This document shows, one piece after another, positions 21,001-32,057 of a DNA stretch of 40,712 nt. The notes under the pieces were generated by a model. The model saw only the letters and a list, made by a program, of their open reading frames with translations. It did no database searches and had not been told where the DNA came from. Source of the DNA: Asterionella formosa (taxonomy: Eukaryota); contig NKIB01014764.1 in NCBI GenBank assembly GCA_002256025.1, positions 1 to 40,712 of the forward strand, in the 5' to 3' direction. The position numbers and the translations under genes are program-made. The number at the start of each line of letters is the position of its first letter. Positions within the stretch are counted from its first letter, which is position 1.

Positions 21001-23097
21001 TTTTTTACTTAAATTCCATTTAAATGAATCAAATTTAAACTGAACAAAAAAAACAGTTCAACGTCTCAATAGAGATTTTAACAACATCAAATAAGCTGGC
21101 AAAAGTAGGAAATGACAATTGAAGCATCCAGTTCACCTCTGAAGCATTGCCAGTCTACCATTAGCCTCAGTTGCTCCTTGCGGCAATCCATGTTTATATA
21201 AGCTACTAGCATGTGTTCAACTACGGATAGTTCGGTTAATGACGCCAAACTGGAGGGAAACACGTGAAGGAAGACTTGTTCGATTTGAAAAAGACAACAG
21301 CAACATTTAAACTGCAACCCTTTTTCGCCAATAAATGACCCCAGCTACACAGGCATCAGCTATATATATACCCCAATTAGCAATTTCGTTATTTTGGAGT
21401 CCCGTAATACCGGTAATTGAAGTCTTCGATATTGGCTTTGTGAGTCAACCTCAAAATATCATTTTTCTCCGGAGAATGTCCAATATTCCTTTGTATTGTA
21501 CATTAGAGCGAAGAGACACTTCAGTGAAATGCGCTGGCGATATCTCGCACTTAATCCCTCACCTGGAGGTGAATACCGGTAAATGTTCCCACAGAAACAG
21601 CAAGGCAAACTACATACATCGTATGTATTGCTCATATACACCCGGTACTGGTACCGTAGTCCGTTAATATTTTTCCGTACGGATCATGGCAAAAGTAAAG
21701 TTCTGTACTGTATGTACATCAACCACGAAGAAAAAATCAGTCCGGTTGTTCAAGTGACGCACGTTTGATTTCGTCCTGGCTGTACCAGGGACCAGGTAAC
21801 CAGATACTCCCTGCCTCCTTTTGCTTCGGTTGAAAAATCAACTCTGATTAGTCGTAGAAAGAACGGTTTGTGGTGATGCATAAAAAACTTCCACCTGGAA
21901 GGTCCGGTAGCACACGTTTTATGCGCACTTTTTCAGTCTCACTCCCAATGATTCATCCCATGCATGCCTACCGGAGAAGCAACTTTCTACAAGAAGGTTA
22001 AATTATCATTCATTAAATCCAAGTCATGTTCTGATCATCAACATCATGTTGACCTACTACTACTGGTATGGTTTTCAGCAACTGGAAGATGGTTTGTTAA
22101 CTAAACTAGGGAAGCACCGGTCTTGTTCTTGTTGGCCTGCAGGTAGCACAATGAATACTTGCCTAAAGAAATAGAGGAGTACAAAAAGGCTATAAAACTA
22201 ACATGTGTACATTTTGTACTTACCATTTTTATGTGTTGGTTTGACCTAATATTCATGATACGAATATGGCTGGTTGGTGCATCCTGAAACTACATTCGAT
22301 GTAGCCACCATAGCTACCAATGCAAAATAATTTTAGCTTAATTTAAAAAATTTACCTTCATATGAATAAATTTTAGGCATTCATTTAAAAAATTATCATC
22401 TGTCAAACTCATTGCTGTCGTGGTTGACTTCATTCATGATGAACTTGAAATCGAAGTCCTTTGCATCATGGATGGTTGTGAAATCGTTGTAATGTCTATA
22501 TTAACACTGTTATAGGACTGTATTTGAGGCATTCCTATACAGTTTCAACTCCAGATAGAAGCCGACCACTGTCAAGCTCAAGAGCTTTTGCACGTGAATC
22601 CATTGGTCATGTATGTGTGAATTTTCCATGTTCAAGACTTCATAGGTCATAGATAAACCAAAATCATGTGTTCCCACATAGGAGCTTGATGCATTTACTG
22701 ATAGCTAATGCTGCTGCTCATGGCGGTTTTTTTTTAATAAATTAAGCAGTTCAGGAGATTGTAAAATTTTCGAGTAAACCATCAGAATGATACCAACATG
22801 GTCAATGTGATTTTAACAAGGGTTTTTGGGTGCAAAATAATATAAATACACAAGGGTCAGGGTTTTTGCTAATATTTTGATAGCCCTAGTATGGGGTCTA
22901 CCTTTTAGCCCAGAAAATGTGTCCAGCGATACTGAGGCAACTGTGGATTCTGGCAATGAGTAATACTTATAGAAGCAAAAAGAACACACCTTGCAGGTCC
23001 ATGCATCAAGCTGTAGACACTCATTACAGTATACTGTCCACAGTGGCATCTCTGTGTTTGGGATTACCAGTTACGGTAATAAATCCCCAATATGATA

Positions 23098-23322
23098 CTA
23101 CCAGGTACCAGGTACCAGGTACCTGGTAGCACTATTATGTAGACTATGATGCATGCCAGATCCTTGTCTGTCAGCTTGTCAGTGTGAATTCCGTCTCAAA
23201 CGGTAATCTTCCTCTTTCTTGTGGTCATGTCTGCTAGCTATGGCTGTCAGACAGACGGTCGCCCCAACGGACCACCAGCTAATATACAGGTTCCAGGTAC
23301 CAGGTACCAGGTACCCAGTACC
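23098..23322. repeat. Two (TACCAGG)n heptamer runs upstream of SEC63
   Basis: 23099-23128 TACCAGGTACCAGGTACCAGGTACCTGGTA; 23292-23322 TCCAGGTACCAGGTACCAGGTACCCAGTACC. Confidence 0.85.
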
Positions 23323-23738
23323 AATACCACTACAACTACTTCCACGTTGTGCTTTTGGTTTCGACCTCCATCCATGATACCGGAAATCGCTCATCTCCCT
23401 AATACCGTAGCCGGCACACATCAAGCATGATTTGTAGTGGTGCTGCTCAGTTCGATATATGATGTACGGCATACATGTTTGTATAATGTAGTCTAGTGGT
23501 GTTGTTCTTATTGGCAATAATTTGATTATATTGAATACCTGACAATACAATTGGAAAGGAATCAACCGCCGCAGCAACGTTGTCAATAATACACATTACA
23601 GATCAAATCTCATCATTACCAGTTGTTCCTCCTCTCAATCGACGACTGGCTTTGCTTATCAACCGGTACAAGTGCCCTCCTTCAAGAACTTGAACCATAT
23701 TGAATCTTCCTGGCTGAGCCAAAGCCTACCAAGTCAAG

Positions 23739-25757
23739 ATGCTGCAGTACGATAACTCAGCGTTCAACTTTTTCGCGCTAAGCACAATGAGCTTCTATCT
23801 CGTACCATGTAAGTCACGCAGCAAAACGTGTGTGTGTGTGCGTGTGGTTGATTGCTTCTTCTCACTCACTCACTCACTCACTCACTCACTCACTCTCACT
23901 CTCACAGCGTGGTACGCGATCCTATCTCGCGTGTACGGCGCCTTTATCGGACTGACCGATGCCAAAGTCGGAGCCGTCGCGAGAACGACCGCCGAGAAGA
24001 AAAAGGCTCAGCAGCTGAAAAAGTCCTCCATGGGCCTCAACACCCTCAAGGGAAAGGGTTTCCTTGTCAACCTAGCCATTACACTCCTCTTTACGATCGC
24101 GTTTGTCTACATTCTTGTGCAGGTGACCAGCGGCGAAGGAGAGCTCAATTCTTTTGATCCCTTTGCCATTCTTGAAATCGATACCGGAGCGGACATGAAG
24201 CAAATCAAGAAGGCCTACCGCGACAAGTCGCTCAAATTCCACCCCGACAAGAACCCGAACAACCCAGCAGCAGAGGCCAAGTTCATGATGGTCGCCAAGG
24301 CCTACGAGGCATTGACGGACGAGACTGCCAAAAGGAATTACGAACTGTACGGCAACCCCGACGGAAAGCAGTCTTTGGCTGTCAGTATTGGACTGCCTGC
24401 TTGGCTGCTGGACGCGGGAAACAGAAACTTCGTTCTCATGTCGTACTTGATTATCATGGTGGGCATCATTCCATACGCAGTTTTCAGGTACTACTCCGAT
24501 AGCTCCAAGTTTGGCGAAAAAGATGTCATGTACGATTCCTATTCTTGGTACCATCACACGCTCGGAGAAGCTACCTTGATCAAATCACTTCCGGAATTCT
24601 TGGCTGGATCTGCGGAATTCAGGCAATGCAACATACCCGCCAGTGAGGCAGAAAAGGGAGAAATCGCGACCATTATGACCACGGTAAGAGGGAACATGCA
24701 AAAGCCAAAGTACAACCACCCCGTATGCATCAAGGGCAATGTGCTGCTGCATGCACACTTGCTTCGCAAGACCAAGGACCTTTCTGAAAAACTTAAGGCG
24801 GACCTGAATTACATGCTTCTCAAGTCGACTGCCTTGACGGATGCCATGATTTCGGTGTGCCAACATCAAGAGAATATGGCAACTGCTATCAATTGCATTG
24901 AATTTGGTCAGTACATGACCCAAGCCTGTTGGATCAAGGATTCAGATTTGTTGCAGTTGCCACACTTTACAACAGAGGAAATTAAACACATTGAAAAGGC
25001 CAAAATCAAGCAGAATAGTATTCAATTGTACAGAAAAGTCGACAATGACGCCAAAAAAGGCATGGCGACCTTTACCGAAGAACAAAAGAAGGATGTTTTG
25101 ACATGCTTGACCAAGGTCATTCCTGACATTTCCGTTGAGGCCAAAGTCTTTGTCGATGACGATGAAGATGACAAGGTGTATGAGGGGGACTTATGTACAG
25201 TCAGAGTCACAATCACCAGAAACAACCTTGATGAGGGCGAGACAGCCGGTCTCGTACACGCCCCCCGCTTCCCATTTCCCAAACAAGAAGCATGGTGGAT
25301 TATTCTTGGAACCAAGGAGGGCAAGATCATTAGCATTGATAAGGTGGGTGACTCGGATCGGGTAGTAGAACACAAAATCAAGTTTTTGGCGCCTCGTGTT
25401 GGTTACTACGAATTTGACCTTCATGTCAAGTCCAATGCCTACATGGGATTGGACCAATCATGCAAGGTGACTTTGACAACTTTGGACAATTCCGTTCTTC
25501 CTGAGTACAAGGTGCATCCGGATGATGCCGAGTTGGATGACGAACCAACATTGTTCGAGGAAATGCTCAAGGCCAATATTGAACAAGACAGTGATTCTGA
25601 TAATGATGACGATGATGATGACGATGAGGAGCCGACCAAGGAAATGAGTGCGGCTGACAAGAAAAAGGCAGAACTGCAAAAGGCTCGCAAGGCGGCAGCA
25701 GGAGACGACGATGATAGTGATGATGACGATGTACAGGAGGTGTACACTGACAAATGA
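23739..25757 (+). CDS. SEC63: Translocation protein SEC63 (exons 23739-23808, 23908-25757)
   Basis: N-terminal YDNSAF TM, J-domain with HPD (FDPFAIL...KFHPDKN...YGNPDG), IGLPAW TM3, Sec63/Brl domain (LLQLPH, VHAPRFPFPKQEAWW, SNAYMGLD) and acidic tail. The 99-nt GT-AG intron 23809-23907 is read through in the ORF track. Confidence 0.95.
   Translation: MLQYDNSAFNFFALSTMSFYLVPCKSRSKTCVCVRVVDCFFSLTHSLTHSLTLTLTAWYAILSRVYGAFIGLTDAKVGAVARTTAEKKKAQQLKKSSMGLNTLKGKGFLVNLAITLLFTIAFVYILVQVTSGEGELNSFDPFAILEIDTGADMKQIKKAYRDKSLKFHPDKNPNNPAAEAKFMMVAKAYEALTDETAKRNYELYGNPDGKQSLAVSIGLPAWLLDAGNRNFVLMSYLIIMVGIIPYAVFRYYSDSSKFGEKDVMYDSYSWYHHTLGEATLIKSLPEFLAGSAEFRQCNIPASEAEKGEIATIMTTVRGNMQKPKYNHPVCIKGNVLLHAHLLRKTKDLSEKLKADLNYMLLKSTALTDAMISVCQHQENMATAINCIEFGQYMTQACWIKDSDLLQLPHFTTEEIKHIEKAKIKQNSIQLYRKVDNDAKKGMATFTEEQKKDVLTCLTKVIPDISVEAKVFVDDDEDDKVYEGDLCTVRVTITRNNLDEGETAGLVHAPRFPFPKQEAWWIILGTKEGKIISIDKVGDSDRVVEHKIKFLAPRVGYYEFDLHVKSNAYMGLDQSCKVTLTTLDNSVLPEYKVHPDDAELDDEPTLFEEMLKANIEQDSDSDNDDDDDDDEEPTKEMSAADKKKAELQKARKAAAGDDDDSDDDDVQEVYTDK
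23828..23904 (+). repeat. (GT)n and (CTCA)n microsatellites inside the SEC63 intron
   Basis: GTGTGTGTGTGTG from 23828; (CTCA)8 at 23861-23892 followed by CTCTCACTCTCACAG. Confidence 0.9.
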
Positions 25758-26127
25758 GAAACGCCCAAGATGGGAACAAAGTGACATACAGACAATATTT
25801 ATTTAGGTAGGGAAACATTCACTGCACGCAAACATAATAAACACGAAAAAGTAATTACTAAGTTTACAGAAACGTAGATACTGGGGAAATGAAAACAGCG
25901 AAAATGTCCATGCCAAATTTGATCGCATCATTGGAGGTAACAGTTGTATATCTTGCTGCTGTGAAAAATACAAGAGGAGGTGCCATAGCGGAAATAGATT
26001 ATTCCAACTCTTTTTAGAGAAACGCATTGAAATCCGTTCAACACATTTTCGGTAATCAATCCAACCGCATCGTTGATTCGCTGATCTGCGCGTTCTCCTT
26101 CATTTCGCAACACATGTAGCGCATTCT

Positions 26128-27427
26128 CTAAAATATAATGTACCTTGCCAACTCCAAATTCGAACACCATCCCAAGGCACTAAACACCTTTGTACATGCA
26201 TAGCCCGACACAATAGGGACTACAAAGTTGTCATCGAGATGAAATGGTGGCACACGTACGCCGCAAACTTTCTTCGGAAGTGTCAAAGCTGGTGTAGGAA
26301 CTGCCAAGTCTGCAAATGCACCCGCCATGCCCAAGGCAAGGGATGCCACAACGAGAGCTGCGTTGCCACCTGGAACGCCATTAGCTCCAAACTTGGCAAG
26401 TTTCAAGACACGATAATTGAAGGGAAAGCAAAAGAGGCCGCCTCCAATGAATCCAAGAATACCCTTATTCCTTCCAAATCCTCCTAGACCACTGTTGAAA
26501 AAAGGAGGATAACAGCTGAGTTTGAGAAGCGAAAGATACAAACGCGCCAGCAACCATGTCCGCTTACTTTTCAATTCGCGACCAATAAATATCTCTGGTC
26601 ATTTTTCCGAAATAACTTGCACTCGGATCCGCCAGTGCAAGTTGACAAATTCCCAAAGTCGCACACGAAGTAGGAAAGAGGGCCGATGTGACAGTCACTC
26701 CGAGGAAAAAGTAAAAGCTTCCAGTAAATTTTCCCTCCATTTCATGCTTTCGAAGGCTACTTCCCAGGATGAAGTGCAAAGCATCATTCATCCATGCAAA
26801 GTGCTTGCGATACCGCAATAATTCCATGAGTAGAGTCGCTCCTGTCAAAATCGCCATGCCAGGGACAAATTTTGCTCTAGGTATCAAGTGATTCATCGCC
26901 GCAAAGCCCAGCCCAAAGCAGGCATGCATGACTTTCCGACGAATGTTGGTGTGATTCCTGGATTTCAATGTCTTGGCATACTTGGAGGCGTACTTGGCCT
27001 TCTTCTTTTTCTCCTTCTTGGTCAATTCTCGTACAATGCCTACAGGGAATTCCTTCACGCCGCTGCTGGGAATGTATACTTCATTGCCACCAGCTCGAGC
27101 CACTTGGTGTTGCCGGTCATCTGACGAAGCTGACTTGGGCGTCTGGGGTTGATCAGTTGTTGCTTCGTCTTCGTCGAGCTTGCGAACCAGAGTGGACGAT
27201 ACTGCTGCATGTCCTCCTCGATACAACGCCGTGGAGGAGTCACTCGATATGCCCGTAGTGCTTCGCGACCCAGCTCCCGAAGGAACAGAAACGATTGGAA
27301 GCGAACGCGCTGAAAAGTCCTTTGCGTGAATCATCGGAAGGCCCATTCGAGGTTTCCATGTGCTTGCTTGTACCTCGGTACAGCGTAATAGAAAGAGCGC
27401 ACTAATGGACAAGGGAAGGAACTTCAT
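26128..27427 (-). CDS. CTP-dependent lipid kinase of the DGK1/phytol kinase/dolichol kinase family, with N-terminal signal peptide (exons 27427-26568, 26491-26128)
   Basis: RRKVMHACFG, LRKHE...FTGSFYFFLG, LALADPSASYFG, NKGILGFIGG and LDDNFVVP motifs. Intron 26492-26567 (GTAAGC...CAACAG) joins SRIE-N-GLGG in frame. Confidence 0.82.
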
Positions 27428-28376
27428 GGTGCTCAATCGCGTGTCGTAATGAGAACAGAAACGTTGAAACGGGCAAGGAACGAAATGCGTTGAGGGTAGT
27501 GGGACACAAAAATTTGCGTGTCAACGAGCTACCAGTAGGAATAAATGTAGGAAGCAAGCGAAAAAGTGTCGTTCGGTGAGCAAGAAAATGTGTGCGACTG
27601 GAAAGTAACAACGGCCAATTAACTTGTCCATGCTCGCTTTCTATCACAATCATCCGGGTGCCCACAAGTTGTCACCACGCAGCGTTCACGAACAAATTTG
27701 CACTCACCTCCGTCATCAAAATATCGTACGCGAATTTTTTGAAACAGGAGATATTCAAACGCATGGACTGCTGCCAATTACATAGGAGTACTGTACGTTA
27801 CGATATATAATTATTTGGTGCCGTTATTTCGTCCCCGATTACCAACAAAGATGTGTGATGCAGCTTTCACAGATTTTGTCCATCAACTACTTACATTTCT
27901 CCTCCACAATACATAAATACACCAGCGCAAGTAAAGTACCGGTAGAATAGTTTAACATTAAAAGAATGATAGATGGATAACATCAGCCAGTTTCTTTCTG
28001 GATAATGTAGGATACCGGTAGTTGATCCCCATCGAGGTAGAAAAACATTATCAAAAGTTAGATTGATCTGAATACATGAAGCTACATTTCTAAAGTTGTG
28101 TAAAATTAATTTGCGTACCTGATACCACTATAAATTTTGGCAGAAGTGTCAGCATTTTATCATCATGCCCAACACCGGATCAGCAGGTTCCCAGGATCAA
28201 GGAAGATTCCCTGCAGTGACTTTCCTCGGCACCCGTGGAATAAACGAATGACCACAAAAATTTGGGGCCGATAACTGCCACTTTCATCCCCGCCTGTCAT
28301 TATCTCTTTTTTCTTTATTTCTTACCAATTCAACAGCCAAAGTACTTGAACCTAAACCTCCAATCGCACCCCAGAG

Positions 28377-30751
28377 TCACGCATTCGAAGCGCCCAACGA
28401 CTCTCCTCCACCGCCATTTTGTTCCATGACATCATTAATACGATCATCTGCCACCTGAAGCACACCATTCTCGTTCTGCTCCAAAACGTTAGCAAAAGTA
28501 TAACCAACAGCCATATCCTCGAGGGTGTACATAGTTTGTTGGTACACTGCACTTCCCGTTGCATTACCCGTTCCACTAAAGGACACAATAATTTCATGAA
28601 AATCAATATTCTCACGAATTTTCTCATGATTGTTCAGCTCTTCAGGCCAGTTACCATTATTTTCACTGATCAAGGTGCGGACGTGACCACTTAATAGGGG
28701 GGATTCTTCGTTAAGGGTATGCCGGACCACCCAAACACGTTTGAAAAAAGGGTGCGACGGAGTTTCCAACTCGAGCGGAGCAAAGAAGCGAGGTGTGGCC
28801 AGTCCCGCCCCTTCATCGACGACAGAGCATCTCATCTTCTCTTTCCCATTATCATCATCGTCGTCGTCGACATCATCATAATCGTCGTCATCGGAGAAAA
28901 TGGCATCAGAATCGCAGCTACCGAACTCATTAGTTAGTTGCGCTCCACCTTGATTACGGATAAGTCCACCAACGCCATGCATCGCCTTAGCCGCTGCCAG
29001 AAATGTTTTCTTGATATGACGAACGTTTCCCACTTTCGTTTCCTTTGATTGCGATAAAATACTGCGACTACTAGGGGGCCCCCTGTGAATACTTGGCTGC
29101 GTATCGTCACCCGTAGAAAAGGTGGACACACTTGATGGAGGTGCGACGACGTCGTCCATTTCGCTATCTCCTCTTACAATTGAATCTGAATTCACAGTCA
29201 TGGTAGTTGATTCTTGATATCCATCAACGTCGTCATCACTTTTGTCAGGTGAAAAATTACTACATGATAGATTCTCTGCATCAATTGCATCATCATTTCT
29301 GGTAGTTTCCGCCGCTTTATCCTTCTGTGCCATCATTTTGTTTAGCCCTGTCTTTGCTGCAATTTTCTCTGCGCCATCCTTCATGGTGGAAAATGCTGTC
29401 TGCGGCGCCGACGCTACATTCTTGATTGCCTTGAGCGCTAAATTCTGAGCAAGCTCGGGTACAGAAGAGCTTTTCTTCGACCACCGTGTCGCTCCTTTTC
29501 TAGAATGCTTTCGCCGTGTGGACCGATGCTTCGGCAAACCAAACTTAGCATTTGATTCATTGATATTGGCTGTACAATTAATGTACGCATTCATAATTTC
29601 TCCCCCTACGGTGCTGTGCATAGAATTGATAATCCTAAATTCCAATACTGGGCAAGGCTTGCCTTTCTTTTTTCCCTCAACAGGGTTCGTCCAGTCTTCA
29701 TCCTCATCAAGTGCATCCAGCAATCCAGTACCAAAGCGAACTAAGAGGGGGTCACTAAAGGAGATGTTGGCGTGAGACTGGATGCGACAGACTTTCCCGA
29801 AGAAGATAGCTCCCATAACTGCAGCAAAGAGTACTCCCATGAAGGCCTCAATACTCATCATCACATTGACACCGAAACAATTTGGTCCCTCTCCAACTGA
29901 GAGTGTGGGATACACTATGCCATATCCCTGTAGAAAATCAGAAAATGGAGTGACTTAGTTCCATGGGCGACGGCCATTGGTGCGTAAACTAGCAAATAGA
30001 AACGTACCACTGTACTAAAGGTTGTCCAACTCAAAGCAAAGGCATCCAGGAAATGACCTGTGTAGGCTTGAGTCCCCACGGTAATGCATTTCGGTTCAAA
30101 GTTGCCCACAATCATAATGAGGAAAGCCCACATGCTAGTGAAGACCCAGAAATTAATAGACTGAACAAGAATCAACATGGTAAAGGAAGTGCGAAAGGTC
30201 CAATTGAGAAAGAGGGTAATGGCACTGGTCTTATCGGAGGTAGGATTGTTATCACTGCCTGCGGTAAGGCGGGAAAGTATTTGGAGAAAACTGAATTTTC
30301 CAAAGTTCTGTTGTAATGTGACAACGGAGGCAGCAAGAAATTAGCACTGTTCAAACGCAGTCGAGGAAGCGGAGTACGAAGAACTGGATAGGCTGAAAAC
30401 ACTCACTTTCATTGTCCTTAAGCGATATTGAGGAGGCGATAGAACGGAGGCCTCGTCTTTTTCGTCCCAAGTGCCACATCCAAATCTATCGAGATACTCT
30501 GCTCTCCGTCGCGCTCTCGGATTCATGGCCTCCCTTCGAATATAGATTTCTTCCACCAGCCAGATTCGGGATCCCGCCTTGCCAGTTTCAATGTCCATCG
30601 ATAGCATCACGTTCTTCAAGGACATATGAGTTGACTTCGAAGCTCGATACGAACTCCCGTTGGACTCTGAACGATTCATGCCTCGTCGTTTCAGACCTGG
30701 TGTGATGGCGTCGTCGTCACCGGCCGTCGCTTCGTTCAAATCCACTGACAT
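28377..30751 (-). CDS. Inward-rectifier (Kir/KirBac-like) potassium channel (exons 30751-30407, 30307-30008, 29927-28377)
   Basis: TM1, conserved Cys (PKCI), pore FLDAFALSWTTFSTV|GYG across intron 29928-30007, second Cys (PNCF), TM2 ...GAIFFGK, and cytoplasmic motifs ISFS, LEFRIIN, WVVRHTLNEESPL, EIIVSFSG. Intron 30308-30406 is also in frame. Confidence 0.85.
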
Positions 30752-31074
30752 TATCGTATCAACGTTATGCTGGTGAGGAGCAATGGAATCCAATCCTGTT
30801 ATATATAGAGTCCAGACACCAGCATCAATCAACCATTTGAATGTATCATAAGGTAAAAGTTTGTTCGCCACAAAATGATCATACTCCGTACTCTGTGATT
30901 CTCAGGCCGGCACCGCGTACAGCCGCTGTATATAGATGAAAGATTCGGGATGATTTAATCCGTATCACTACTAAACCGGTATCATATATACCGGGTAGTT
31001 TATAGAATCTACACCACAGGAAACGAAAATACCTTGATTCTCATCTTCCGCCTATGTACTGCAATTTCCGCTCA

Positions 31075-31292
31075 AGCTATCATCGTATTGCCACTCGGGT
31101 ACTTTTAAGTAATTTTTATTTAGGGGGCAATATGGGGGCATATCGAAATTTTCGGCATTAAAATTGCCGATTTTAGCGTGACAGCCAGAATAACGGTAAT
31201 ATACCTAGAAATGGTAGAACAAGCATCAAACACATGAGAATGATTGTAACATACAATTGCAATGAAAATTGCGCATGATGTTTGAAGCAACC
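31075..31292. repeat. Dispersed repeat copy 1 (probable DNA transposon end or MITE fragment)
   Basis: Colinear, same-orientation homology to 39838-40075 (TAAGTAATTTTTATTTAGGGG..CAATATGGGGCATATCGAA...CAGAATAACGGTAATATAC...GAGAATGATTGTAACATACAATT). Confidence 0.85.
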
Positions 31293-32057
31293 AAAGTATG
31301 ACATGCAATATAATAAGTAGCGTCAAATGAGAAATAGAAGATGTTGTTTTGGGTTAAAAATATAGTATAAAATAGGAGTTTCAGTGGAGACGTATGCATT
31401 GTAGCACTTACACAGGCAACATTGACTTTCCATCACACAATCGAAGACCGAAAAAATGCGGGAAAGAATAAAAAAGCTGAACCCAATTGAGATCTGCATC
31501 ATTATTTAGTGTAGGTGAGAAGGTTGCTGCAACCATGCACATAGCTGTAGTAGCCTGACACAAGTAGCAGGATTGCTTCTGCCCACTGTCATTCCTCCCA
31601 CAAAACAACCCTGATCATTCCATTCCATTTCATTCCATTCTGAGCAAGCGTCATCACCAGGCTGCTCCAGCACTATCAACTCCCTCTAGCTGAATTTTGA
31701 TATGTAGAACTCATAGTAGAAAGGTAGAAAGGCGCGTTGGTACAAGAAAATCATCATTGCTTGGCGGCAATATTGACATCATGGTCAACAACTATACAAA
31801 TCAACAAATACGATCAATAACAATTTTTTGATCTTCGTCTTTCTGGCATGGTAAGCTTCCGCCTAAGTACAGTACCTGGTACAGTACTGTCGATTTCCAT
31901 TTAAACATTCCTCAGACTACATCTAGCCTTCGGACACCTTTCGACATTAACAGCCTAACAGACACATTCTGTCAGTACAGTACCTGTATGTACCTGGCAC
32001 CAAAACAATCGTTGGTGCTCAATCGTTCTTTGACTCACTGAGCGATGGCTGTACTGA

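Noticed and set aside
23852..25818. Multiple overlapping alternative-frame and antisense ORFs over SEC63 (similarly over ABCF2, Kir, PPR and the GT genes)
   Set aside because: Shadow ORFs from codon bias and low-complexity acidic tracts; no recognisable motifs.
31616..31640. (CATTC)n run, and poly-C/G tracts near 2925, 11310 and 19292
   Set aside because: Short simple repeats with no further structure that I could support.
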